Shown here: one piece after another, positions 17,413-26,064 of the stretch
How the letters are laid out: each line of letters starts with the position of its first letter
How positions within the stretch are numbered: position 1 is the stretch's first letter
Assembly (NCBI GenBank): GCA_036507075.1
Contig: DASXQR010000171.1
Location: 1 to 26,936, forward strand
DNA: 26,936 bases
Source: Acidobacteriota bacterium
Lineage (GTDB): Bacteria > Acidobacteriota > UBA6911 > JACQSX01
Reading direction: 5' to 3'
Made by a program: the position numbers and the translations under genes
Notes under the pieces: generated by a model
Databases searched by the model: none
What the model saw: only the letters and a program-made list of their open reading frames with translations
Told to the model about the DNA's origin: nothing

Positions 17413-18249
17413 ATGAATGCGCGATTGAATCGATTGCTTGCGGCCGATGGAAAATGCTTCGATGTAGCCATCGATCATGGCTTGTTCAATGAAGCGGGTT
17501 TCCTCGGCGGAATCGAAGATATGGAACGGGCGGTTGACGCTGTCATCCGCGCCAACCCCGATGCTATCCAACTTAGTCCGGGACAAGCCAAATTGTTGCA
17601 GAAGATTCGCGGCAAGAGCAAGCCATCGCTGGTATTACGCGTCGATATTGCGAATGTCTATGGAAAAACTCTTCCCGGACACCTCTTCAGCCAGTTGTTT
17701 GATGATCCCGTGGAACTGGCGTTGCGTCTGGATGCGGCGTGCGTGGTGGTAAATCTCTTCCTGATTCCAAATCAGCCGGAACTTTATCACCAATGCGTCG
17801 ATAACATCTGCCGACTGAAGACGCAGTGTGATCGCTACAGGATGCCGCTGATGATCGAACCCCTGGTGATGCAAACGAATGCCAGGGAAGGCGGCTATGG
17901 AGTTGACGGCGATCCAGTGAAGATCGTTCCGCTGGTTCGGCAGGCGATCGAACTGGGCGCCGACATTATCAAAGCGGATCCAACCACGGACATTAATGAC
18001 TATCGCCGCGTCATCGAAGTAGCGGCGGGAAAACCGGTACTGGTGCGAGGCGGCGGGAAGGCTTCGGAAGAAGAGATCTTGCGACGTACTCACGGGCTGA
18101 TGCTGCAGGGTGCGCAGGGCATTGTTTACGGGCGAAATGTGATACAGCATCGCAATCCCACAGCGATTACGCGAGCATTAATGGCAATTGTCCACGATGG
18201 AGCGACGCCCGAGGAAGCGCTTGAGATACTGCGTCCGGCAGGAGGGTAA
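17413..18249 (+). CDS. Class I Schiff-base aldolase (DhnA/FbaB-like)
   Basis: VAIDHG, MPLMIEP, ELGADIIKAD (Schiff-base Lys), VRGGG and YGRNVIQ. Confidence 0.9.
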   Translation: MNARLNRLLAADGKCFDVAIDHGLFNEAGFLGGIEDMERAVDAVIRANPDAIQLSPGQAKLLQKIRGKSKPSLVLRVDIANVYGKTLPGHLFSQLFDDPVELALRLDAACVVVNLFLIPNQPELYHQCVDNICRLKTQCDRYRMPLMIEPLVMQTNAREGGYGVDGDPVKIVPLVRQAIELGADIIKADPTTDINDYRRVIEVAAGKPVLVRGGGKASEEEILRRTHGLMLQGAQGIVYGRNVIQHRNPTAITRALMAIVHDGATPEEALEILRPAGG

Positions 18250-18284
18250 AACTACGATCACTAAAGACCGCTGTTTTGTAGATT

Positions 18285-19472
18285 ATGCCGAAAAGGCTTA
18301 TTAATTTCGGAATCATCGGCTGCGGTTTGATGGGGCGCGAATTTGGCAGCGCAGCGGCGCGCTGGTGCCATTTGCTTGATTCGAGCGGCAATAGTCTTGA
18401 TTTTGTGCCGCGCATCATCGCTGTCTGTGATCAGGATCCGGCACTGATGCGCTGGTTCCAGGATAATTTTTCAGGCATTGTGCTGGCCGCGCGTGATTAC
18501 CGCAAACTGCTTTCTCGGCCAGACATCGAAGCTATTTATTGCGCGGTGCCCCACAACCTTCACTCCCAGATTTATGTCGATACCATTCGTGCCGGCAAGC
18601 ATTTGCTTGGCGAAAAACCTTTCGGAATTGATAAGACGGCAAACGCTCAGATCACAGCAGCGGCCGCAGCCAGCCCGAAAATCCTGGTCCGCTGCTCGTC
18701 GGAATTTCCATTTTTCCCAGGCGCCTTGAGAATTCTGGAAACGCTGGGAGAAGACCGGTTTGGGACAATCATCGAGGTGGAGGCTGGCTTTTGGCACTGC
18801 AGCGACTTGGATCCGAACAAGAAGATAAACTGGAAGCGACTGATCGAGTTTAACGGAGCCTACGGATGCATGGGTGATCTGGGAATGCATGTGGTACACA
18901 TACCTTTTCGCATGGGGTGGTTTCCGAAAAATGTTCGCGCGCTTTTAGCAAAAGTAATAAGAGAGCGTCCTGATTCCACAGGCAAGATGGTGCCTTGTGA
19001 AACCTGGGACAATGCAGTGCTGGCTTGCGAAGTTGAAACAAATGGGCAGTGTTTTCCCATGTTTCTTTCAACGAAGCGGATTGCTCCCGGTGAGCGTGAC
19101 ACGTGGTTCCTTCGAGTTTGGGGAACGCGATTCAGCGCGGAATTCAGCACCAAACAGCCAAGAACCCTGCGGACCCTTCCTTACGCTCCGGGGGCGCCTC
19201 AGGCTTGGCGCTGTGAAGACCTCGGATATCGCTCGGCATATTCCGCGATCACAGGAGCAATCTTTGAGTTCGGGTTTTCGGATGCCATTTTGCAAATGTG
19301 GGCAGCCTTCTGTGATGAGCTGGTCCACGGCAGTAAACAGATGCTTCAGCCCTTCACATGCGTCACGCCCGAAGAAACGCGTCAGAGCCACATCCTGTTT
19401 ACTGCCGCGGAGGAATCTCAACGAAGTGAAAGCACTGTGAAGCTCGGCGCCGGCGTTGGAGCGAAGCCATGA
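18285..19472 (+). CDS. Gfo/Idh/MocA family NAD(P)-dependent oxidoreductase
   Basis: GIIGCGLMG, AVPHNLH, GKHLLGEKP and GCMGDLGMH. Confidence 0.93.
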   Translation: MPKRLINFGIIGCGLMGREFGSAAARWCHLLDSSGNSLDFVPRIIAVCDQDPALMRWFQDNFSGIVLAARDYRKLLSRPDIEAIYCAVPHNLHSQIYVDTIRAGKHLLGEKPFGIDKTANAQITAAAAASPKILVRCSSEFPFFPGALRILETLGEDRFGTIIEVEAGFWHCSDLDPNKKINWKRLIEFNGAYGCMGDLGMHVVHIPFRMGWFPKNVRALLAKVIRERPDSTGKMVPCETWDNAVLACEVETNGQCFPMFLSTKRIAPGERDTWFLRVWGTRFSAEFSTKQPRTLRTLPYAPGAPQAWRCEDLGYRSAYSAITGAIFEFGFSDAILQMWAAFCDELVHGSKQMLQPFTCVTPEETRQSHILFTAAEESQRSESTVKLGAGVGAKP

Positions 19473-20641
19473 AGCAGCCGGAGGTTGTCGTCGCGGGTCA
19501 TATATGCCTTGACGTCATTCCCTGTTTCCCGGCCTCCAGCAATTTTCACGAGCTGCTGATACCGGGGCACCTTCTCGAGATCGGGCCGGCGGTGGTTTCC
19601 ACTGGTGGCCCCGTCAGCAACACCGGGCTGGCGCTGCACAAACTGGGCGTGCGTACCCGTCTGATGGCGAAAGTCGGCGACGATATTTTCGGAAGCGCCA
19701 CTCTCAAACTCGTGCGCAGCTTCGATCCGGAACTGGTCACAGGATTAAGAGTCGTGGTAGGAGAGCAGAGTTCCTACTCTGTGATTCTGAGCCTTCCCGA
19801 CGCCGATCGGATCGTGTTGCACTTTCCCGGACCGAACAACAGCTTCAGCGCGGACGATCTGCGCTACGATTTGCTGCGGCCTGCGCGGCTGTTCCATTTC
19901 GGCTATCCCCCGATGCTTCGCCGCATGTATGAGGATGGCGGGGTTGAACTGGCCGCGCTGCTTGGCCGCGTGCGGCAGGAGGGACTGACAACCAGCCTGG
20001 ACATGATAATGCCCGATCCGGCATCGGCGGCGGCGCAGGCTGACTGGCGAGACATCCTGGCAAGAGGACTTCCGCATGTTGATTTTTTTCTCCCCAGTGT
20101 CGGCGAGATGCTATTCATGCTTAATCGGCGTTTATTTCAGGAGTTAGCGGCTCTTTCCGCCGAGGACGCGCTTCTTTCCCATTTGCGGGCGTCACACTTC
20201 AGTCACCTCGCTGACGAACTGCTGCAACTCGGATGTGGAGTGGTGGCGCTCAAGGCGGGCCACCTGGGTTTGTACCTGCGTACCGGGGGCGCTGCGAAGC
20301 TGTCGCCGCTCCTGTGCGGCGATTGGGCCAATCGGGAGTTGTGGGTGCCCTGCTTCAAAACAAGCGTCGTGGGCACGACAGGATCGGGTGACGCGACGAT
20401 TGCCGGCTTTCTAACAGGTGTACTGCGCGGACTCGATCCCGTTCAGACCCTGACGGGCGCCGTGGCCGTGGGAGCATGCAACGTAGAAGCTGCCGACGCA
20501 CTTGGTGGGATCATTTCGTGGGACAAGGTCCAACAGCGAATCCAACAAGGGTGGAAGAGGCTGCCACTGGCAATTGAAGCGGATGGCTGGGTCTGGGAGG
20601 AGCAAAATGGAGTCTGGATTGGTCCCAGCGACTGTCGTTAA
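19469..20641 (+). CDS. PfkB/ribokinase family carbohydrate kinase
   Basis: GGPVSNTGLALHKLG, VGDDIFG and GTTGSGDATIAGF. ATGA overlap with the upstream gene. Confidence 0.93.
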   Translation: MKQPEVVVAGHICLDVIPCFPASSNFHELLIPGHLLEIGPAVVSTGGPVSNTGLALHKLGVRTRLMAKVGDDIFGSATLKLVRSFDPELVTGLRVVVGEQSSYSVILSLPDADRIVLHFPGPNNSFSADDLRYDLLRPARLFHFGYPPMLRRMYEDGGVELAALLGRVRQEGLTTSLDMIMPDPASAAAQADWRDILARGLPHVDFFLPSVGEMLFMLNRRLFQELAALSAEDALLSHLRASHFSHLADELLQLGCGVVALKAGHLGLYLRTGGAAKLSPLLCGDWANRELWVPCFKTSVVGTTGSGDATIAGFLTGVLRGLDPVQTLTGAVAVGACNVEAADALGGIISWDKVQQRIQQGWKRLPLAIEADGWVWEEQNGVWIGPSDCR

Positions 20642-20746
20642 TTAGTGTTCCAGCGTTCACGTAGGTGAACTGAATCAATAGTGTGAAGATTGTTTCGAAA
20701 GGGGGAGACCCTCCGCAACCTGGCTCACGCTACGCTGCAGTCGCGG
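20384..20746 (+). repeat. Direct repeat copy 1 (pfkB 3' end plus ~100 bp downstream)
   Basis: Aligns without gaps to 22784-23041 over the coding part (offset exactly 2400) and with small indels on to ~23138. Confidence 0.95.
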
Positions 20747-20902
20747 GCAGCAATTAAGATCAAGATCCCTACTGGATCGAGAGCATCGACCGTTATACGG
20801 ACGGAAGAAGTAAGGGAGACCCCGCAGTTTTACCTGTCGATTCAAAAAAAGAGGAGAAGATATATGCAACAGGAATTCCAGATTACGCCGCCCCACATGA
20901 TC

Positions 20903-20964
20903 TTTGTGTCCTTCGTGTCTTTGTGGTGCAAATAGGTTCTCACCAAAGACACAAAGGACACAAA
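20903..20964. repeat. Inverted repeat of ACACAAAG/ACACGAAG units
   Basis: TTTGTGTCCTTCGTGTCTTTGTGGTG (20903-20928) is nearly the reverse complement of CACCAAAGACACAAAGGACACAAA (20941-20964). It lies immediately after the CRTAC1 stop. Confidence 0.8.
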
Positions 20965-20966
20965 AA

Positions 20967-22637
20967 CTAATCAGGTTCTCTAACATGGATCACCTGATTG
21001 ACACCCAGATCGTTCAACGTTTGAACCACGCCGCTTGACCACTTAATCCGCAGAGATTCCACTTTCTTTGCCTTACCGAGTCCGAAGTGAACTCCCGCGT
21101 GACTCGATGATGCATAGCCGACGCTGCTCGTCATCACGTTGGATTGATTTGCGTATTCCAATACGGCGCCGATCCCGTCTCGATTGCTTTTTGTTCCGAT
21201 CAGCTTGACGATCAGCCAGTTGTTCTCCCCGGCGCTGATGTTGCGCCACAGTTCCGCCGCATCGCCCAAGGCGCTCACTACCACGTCAATTTTTCCGTCT
21301 CCATCAAAATCCGCAAAGGCACTCCCCCGATGCGCCCGCCGCATTCCGGTAATCCCAGCTTGCTGAGACACATCGCTGAACTTTCCGCTTCCTGAACTCG
21401 CGAAAAGGCTGTTGGCCTGTTTGTACTCACTAGCTTCGAAGTGCTCGATCCGGTCATTTACGTGCGAATTGGCGCTGAACACGTCCTTCCATCCGTCGTT
21501 GTCGAAGTCGATGAACCCAACACCCCATCCGCTGCGACGCGCGCTCAGAAGTCCAATGTGGCTTAAATATGTCGTATCCCGGAAAAGGCCGGCGCCATCG
21601 TTGTGGAACAGGGGAAAAGTCTCGCCTGCCAGCGCTGTGACGATCACGTCGGGCCGCCCGTCATTGTCGTAGTCTCGAAAGTCGACGCCCATGGATGAGA
21701 CCGGCTTGCCGGAATCCGGCAACGCCACTCCAGCCGTCACTGCGATTTCCTCAAATGTCCCGTCTTTTCGGTTATGGAAAAGGAAGTTGGGAAGGCTGTC
21801 ATTCGTCACAAAAACATCGGTGTAGCCGTCGTTGTCATAATCAGCAAAAGCGACGCTCATTCCCTTGCCGGTATGCTGCAGCACTCCGGCCCGCCGCGAA
21901 ACATCTTCAAAGGTGCCGTCGCCGCGGTTGTGATAGAGCGTGTTCGGTAGACCCTCGAAGTACTTCGGATGGCAATAAACTCGCACCTTCTTGTCTTCAT
22001 CGCCGCAGAACCGGTCGAAATCCTTTGTCCACTTTGCGTAGTTTACGACCCACAAATCGAGCTTTCCATCGTTGTCGTAATCAAACCACCCGCCCGCGAC
22101 CGACCACATATCACTCTTGATGCCCGCTTGGGTGGTCACGTCCTCGAACGTACCGTTGCCGATATTTCGGTAAAGAATGTTCCGATAAACTCCCGCTACG
22201 AACAGGTCAACGTGTCCATCGTTGTCAAAATCGGCAGCGGAGACGCCCATTGAATAGCCCGCCCCAGCCATTTGGGCCTGCTCGGTGACATCGGTGAACT
22301 TCATTCCTCCATCATTGCGAAACAAACGATTGAAATATCTGGACGATGTCTTTTCCAGCGACGGAACTGCTGCGCCGTTTGTGAAGAAGATGTCGGTTCG
22401 CCCGTCGCCATCGTAATCGAAAGCAGCCACCCCGCCGGCCATGGTTTCGATCAAGTGCTTTTCGGCTGTCGATGAGTTCTCCAGAGTGAAGTCAAGACGT
22501 GCCGAGGAAGCAATCTCCTGGAAACGAATCGGCGCGGGACTTGGTGACACTTGAGAAAAAACGATCGTCTTAATGCTTTCCGAAGTGTGACCTAAAAGCA
22601 GAAGAACAGACGCGACAAACAGGCATGTGGTCCGCAT
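20967..22637 (-). CDS. CRTAC1 family protein (FG-GAP/VCBS repeats plus ASPIC/UnbV domain), secreted
   Basis: Multiple DxDxDG repeats (DYDGDG, DFDNDG, DYDNDG) and C-terminal SNRDGIGA...HFGLG...IKWSSG. Signal peptide from ATG 22637. Confidence 0.93.
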   Translation of the reverse strand: MRTTCLFVASVLLLLGHTSESIKTIVFSQVSPSPAPIRFQEIASSARLDFTLENSSTAEKHLIETMAGGVAAFDYDGDGRTDIFFTNGAAVPSLEKTSSRYFNRLFRNDGGMKFTDVTEQAQMAGAGYSMGVSAADFDNDGHVDLFVAGVYRNILYRNIGNGTFEDVTTQAGIKSDMWSVAGGWFDYDNDGKLDLWVVNYAKWTKDFDRFCGDEDKKVRVYCHPKYFEGLPNTLYHNRGDGTFEDVSRRAGVLQHTGKGMSVAFADYDNDGYTDVFVTNDSLPNFLFHNRKDGTFEEIAVTAGVALPDSGKPVSSMGVDFRDYDNDGRPDVIVTALAGETFPLFHNDGAGLFRDTTYLSHIGLLSARRSGWGVGFIDFDNDGWKDVFSANSHVNDRIEHFEASEYKQANSLFASSGSGKFSDVSQQAGITGMRRAHRGSAFADFDGDGKIDVVVSALGDAAELWRNISAGENNWLIVKLIGTKSNRDGIGAVLEYANQSNVMTSSVGYASSSHAGVHFGLGKAKKVESLRIKWSSGVVQTLNDLGVNQVIHVREPD

Positions 22638-22783
22638 TCTCTCATTATCCTCGCAGTCAGCGTAAAACAGTGGCTTGCTCTTCGGTTTTGAGAAAAATCC
22701 CCAATTACCTGCGGTCCGCATTCCTCTCCATCGAACCGCCGAAATCTGAGGTTAAATGGAATTCAGGGCGTGGGTTCGAGTCC

Positions 22784-23041
22784 TCGGGCGACTCGACGAT
22801 TGCCGGATTTCTGACGGGTGTGCTGTGCGGACTCGATCCCGTTCAGACCCTGACAGGCGCTGTGGCCGTGGGAGCATGCAACGTGGAAGCTGCCGACGCA
22901 CTCGGCGGAATCATTCCATGGGACGAGGTCCAACGGCGAGTCCAACAAGGGTGGAAGAGATTGCCACTGGCAATTGAAGCGGATGGTTGGGTCTGGAACG
23001 AGCTAAACCGGATTTGGATCGGTCCCAGCGACGGTCGTTAA
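22784..23041 (+). pseudogene. Orphan duplicate of the last 85 codons of the pfkB kinase (direct repeat copy 2, extending non-coding to ~23138)
   Basis: SGDSTIAGFLTGVLCGLDPVQTLTGAVAVGACNVEAADALGG...IWIGPSDGR* matches the kinase C-terminus. There is no kinase sequence upstream of 22784. Confidence 0.9.
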
Positions 23042-23813
23042 TTCAGTGTTCCAGCGTTCCCTGTGAATCAATAGGGCGAAGATTTGATTGAAGGCGGAGG
23101 CCCTCCGCGGTCTGGCCTGCGCGACGCTGCTGCCGCGGCAAAAGGCGCCCGCGGCTTCCGCTGCTGCGGCCATCCCGCGCTGCGGGCATTTAATCTCTGG
23201 CTCACCCGATAGATTGCTGCTGCGGTGGCGGCGGAGCTTCGGTTCGGCAAAATGCGCCTCACACTATGTTGGGCCTGCAGAAAACATATCGGCAAAGTTT
23301 CAATAACCTTTCCCGGTTGAGTCGATGCTCTAATAACGGGCATTTTTGTCAATTCCTAGGATTTGAACTTGGAGAACAGGCGGCCAATGAAGTTTGAGAT
23401 CGCGGGCGATCGACACCTTGCGCTCCTCTCGGATATATACCTTATCTCCAGTCCTTTCACCAACATGTTCAATTACAAATTGGAGATCGACCGGAACTGT
23501 TTGTAAAGTTCCTTGCTTTTACGACGATTCGACGAGAGTTTATGTGGAACGGAGCGGAATGGAGAGGAATTTCGATGCACTTTCCGTACCCTGGGTGCAC
23601 CTGATTGTTTCAACGCAACATCACATTTTGGAATTGGCGCAGTCAGCGTCATGCTATCGATCCCTGCGAGTAGCGTTTTGCCTGGATCAAGCGCGACAGT
23701 CTACTTGAATGAGCCGCGTCCGTTGCTCGAGCTGGCGCGGGTATGTCAAAATGGCGCCCATCTACATATCCGGTCGTCCAAGCTTGGAATTCGACAGTGT
23801 GTGGGTTTGCCGA

Positions 23814-23879
23814 GACTGAGTACACGGCGTAAAAGAAGAAGACATTTGCGCCCTTTACGCCTGCTACTTTAATTTAGGC
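23814..23879 (+). mobile_element. Highly degenerate attC-like site
   Basis: Hairpin GGCGTAAA...TTTACGCC ending in TTTAGGC just before the cassette-like gene. It shares CACGGC, AGAC, GCGCC and TAGGC in the same order with the site at 24401. Confidence 0.3.
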
Positions 23880-23897
23880 GGCCCTTTGTTAATCGTC

Positions 23898-24392
23898 ATG
23901 AATGGTTTGTTGCTTTTTCTCGCAGTCCTTCATCTATCCGGGTCGGAAGTATCGAATCCTTCCTTCCGCGACTACACTGTTCGCAGAATCTACCGTGGTA
24001 AGCCCGCGACTGTGGATTTGCGCAGCCATCCCGCAGCTCGCCGTTTTCGAACTCGTTTGCGGCGCGGCTCCGTCAAGGGCCCCAATTTTGCGGGTCATTT
24101 TATCGTGGTCACCTGGGGGTGTGGATCGAGTTGTCAGGTTCACGCGATCATTGATGCAAAGACCGGGCGAGTGTTCTTCCCACTTTCACACCCAACCAGC
24201 GAGGGGGCATGCTTCCGGCTGGACAGCAGTTTGTTTGTTACCGATCCCATCAATCGCGAAACGTGGCAAGGCTGGAAGGGCGATTTGCCGGACTGGCTGA
24301 AGACGCGCTACTTTAGGTGGACCGGTTCCCATATGATTGAGATCATCTCGAGCCGAGCAATGTTCGAACTGCCCTGCACGCTGCAGTGGTAA
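23898..24392 (+). CDS. Secreted conserved hypothetical protein (PNFAGH...WGCGxxC motif), cassette-like
   Basis: Hydrophobic N-terminus from ATG 23898 and motif GPNFAGHFIVVTWGCGSSCQ...IIDAKTGRV. The stop lies 8 nt before an attC-like site. Confidence 0.8.
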   Translation: MNGLLLFLAVLHLSGSEVSNPSFRDYTVRRIYRGKPATVDLRSHPAARRFRTRLRRGSVKGPNFAGHFIVVTWGCGSSCQVHAIIDAKTGRVFFPLSHPTSEGACFRLDSSLFVTDPINRETWQGWKGDLPDWLKTRYFRWTGSHMIEIISSRAMFELPCTLQW

Positions 24393-24400
24393 CAACCGAT

Positions 24401-24460
24401 GCCTGACCACGGCATCGAGGAGACGGCAAACCGCGCCGCCGCTAATGCCAATCGCTAGGC
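24401..24460 (+). mobile_element. Integron attC site (59-base element), slightly degenerate
   Basis: 60 bp: GCCTGAC (for RYYYAAC) ... GGCAT / ATGCC inner arms ... GCTAGGC (for GTTRRRY). It sits between a stop codon and the AAGGAGG RBS of the next co-directional gene. Confidence 0.7.
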
Positions 24461-24475
24461 CGCCAAGGAGGCAAC

Positions 24476-25105
24476 ATGATTCTGATGAGGCTTGCCATTT
24501 TTGTTCTCACAGTCTCTACGTTTTTGGCGGCCACATCGGACCCGAAGACTGCGACAATCTTTGGCCGCGTAATAGTACTGCCCACGGGTGACCGGGCACC
24601 GTGCGCTGAAATTTCCGTCTATGCTATTGAGTATCAGGGCTTTTCCCGGATGCAGGTTTTGTTGCTCAAAAAAAAACAAACTGACGACACGGGTGAGTAT
24701 CGGTTCAGTGGGCTGCAAGCAGGACAGTATCTAATCCAAGCGTGGATGCCCGGATTCGCAATTGCCAAGGTGTGGGACATCTCGGTTTGGAGCGGCCTCG
24801 AGAGGGTCGTTGATATTGGAATAAACGTAGGTGGGCATGGTGGACAAGAGGCGGATGAATTGGCTGGAGAAGTCAAGTCGGCAAACGGAGACGCAGTCCG
24901 TGATGCGACAGTAACGGCGATCCAATTTGAGAATCCTGGTCAGGTATTCCAGACTCGTACTGACCTCCACGGTCGGTACCGTCTGCCCGTAACCTACGGC
25001 GGAAACTATGCTGTGCAGATTCAGAAACCAGATTTTAGGCCCCAGTTCGGGTCAATTGAGATTCACCGAATGACAATTAAGAATTTCGGCTTGAAATCTA
25101 AATAA
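24476..25105 (+). CDS. Secreted protein with two carboxypeptidase-regulatory-like domains, cassette-like
   Basis: AAGGAGG RBS and signal peptide, then two repeats of the type G.V...G...A.V...TD..G.YR...G.Y......F. Confidence 0.85.
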   Translation: MILMRLAIFVLTVSTFLAATSDPKTATIFGRVIVLPTGDRAPCAEISVYAIEYQGFSRMQVLLLKKKQTDDTGEYRFSGLQAGQYLIQAWMPGFAIAKVWDISVWSGLERVVDIGINVGGHGGQEADELAGEVKSANGDAVRDATVTAIQFENPGQVFQTRTDLHGRYRLPVTYGGNYAVQIQKPDFRPQFGSIEIHRMTIKNFGLKSK

Positions 25106-25119
25106 TGATCGATGTCGCG

Positions 25120-26064
25120 TTAAGTCTTATTAGCTCTTCGAACCAGTAGCGAAAGGAACAGAAAAACCACCATTCCCACAGCTCCTACGATGTACGCGTC
25201 ACGATCTCCCAAGCCGCGTCCAACATAGCGGTAGATCGAAAACAAGAGCGTCAGAATTAGGACGCCCCAAGAAATTGCAAAGTACTGCACACCCTGCTCG
25301 CTGTTTATGACGCGAATAATTTGGCTGTCGATGTACTTTTCGAGCGAATGATCGGCCAGAAGATCCTTGATGGCCCTGGGATTGCCGCGTGTCTTTCGCC
25401 AGATCTCTCGCCGGTACCACAGCAGGTCAGAAACCGCAAAAGGAGCAATCTGAAAGCAGCGGTCTATCAGATCGTAGGATTCCTGCTGCGTCAGCTCCTT
25501 CATTTCAATTCTGGCAGGTATCCGGTCTAGCACGAGTTTGAGCTTGCTGCTCGTCGGATCCGATGTGCCGACGATCAGAGTGGCTGAATTCAGGAATTGA
25601 TGCAGCCAGGAGAGTTCCGTGGGTGTGGCCTTGTAAAACTGGTCCCAGATCACGATCGCGTTTTGGCCGGCCAGACTGAGGATGAGCGATTCAGCCAATG
25701 CCTTGATGGTAAGCGCTCTCGTCTTTGCCGCAAGGGTCTCCCAGGGCATCGACCGAATAATATTCGGGGAAAGTCTTGGATGGCGGTAAGACTGCTGATT
25801 GTGGAGCTGCTCAGCCAATTCAACAAGGGCATTTTTGAATTGGCGGGCGTCGGCAATCCGGAATATGAGAACATCTTTTTGTGCTCGCAAGCTTTCGAAG
25901 AATGTCAGCAGCAGGGTGCTCTTGCCGATTCCAGAGGAGCCAGTGACGATCACGTGTCGACCCTTTAGCGCCAGCTCCCAAAGCTGAGCCAATTCTTCCT
26001 GTCGGCCAACCGTTACGCTCTGGTACCTTTCGCGAGAGCTATTCGGGTTTTCCACTGCTTGCAA
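25120..26064 (-). CDS. AAA-type P-loop ATPase with two C-terminal transmembrane helices
   Basis: VGRQEEL, Walker A GSSGIGKST, Walker B-like VIWDQ, TRGNPRAI and a hydrophobic C-terminal hairpin. The TTG start overlaps the upstream ORF end. Confidence 0.85.
   Translation of the reverse strand: MQAVENPNSSRERYQSVTVGRQEELAQLWELALKGRHVIVTGSSGIGKSTLLLTFFESLRAQKDVLIFRIADARQFKNALVELAEQLHNQQSYRHPRLSPNIIRSMPWETLAAKTRALTIKALAESLILSLAGQNAIVIWDQFYKATPTELSWLHQFLNSATLIVGTSDPTSSKLKLVLDRIPARIEMKELTQQESYDLIDRCFQIAPFAVSDLLWYRREIWRKTRGNPRAIKDLLADHSLEKYIDSQIIRVINSEQGVQYFAISWGVLILTLLFSIYRYVGRGLGDRDAYIVGAVGMVVFLFLSLLVRRANKT

Noticed and set aside
22625..23041. 138-aa ORF as an intact gene
   Set aside because: It is a chimera of unrelated upstream sequence and the duplicated kinase tail, so it is treated as a gene fragment.
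23199..23275. Possible additional attC ending in GTTGGGC
   Set aside because: The left core site has two mismatches and the internal arms do not pair convincingly.
23125..23287. Minus-strand frame resembling a decayed double zinc ribbon (PT*CEAHFAEPKLRRHRSSNL...KCPQRG...AFCRGSS)
   Set aside because: The spacing is suggestive, but five of eight Cys would have to be restored and there is an in-frame stop. It needs a tBLASTn hit to support it.
23394..23872. Overlapping ORFs of 104 and 119 aa
   Set aside because: TTG starts, no motifs and mutual overlap. They may be a decayed cassette, but no product can be supported.
25097..25124. GTTAAGT after the carboxypeptidase-like gene as an attC right end
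   Set aside because: It overlaps the stop codon of the convergent gene, and there is no room or pairing for a full attC.
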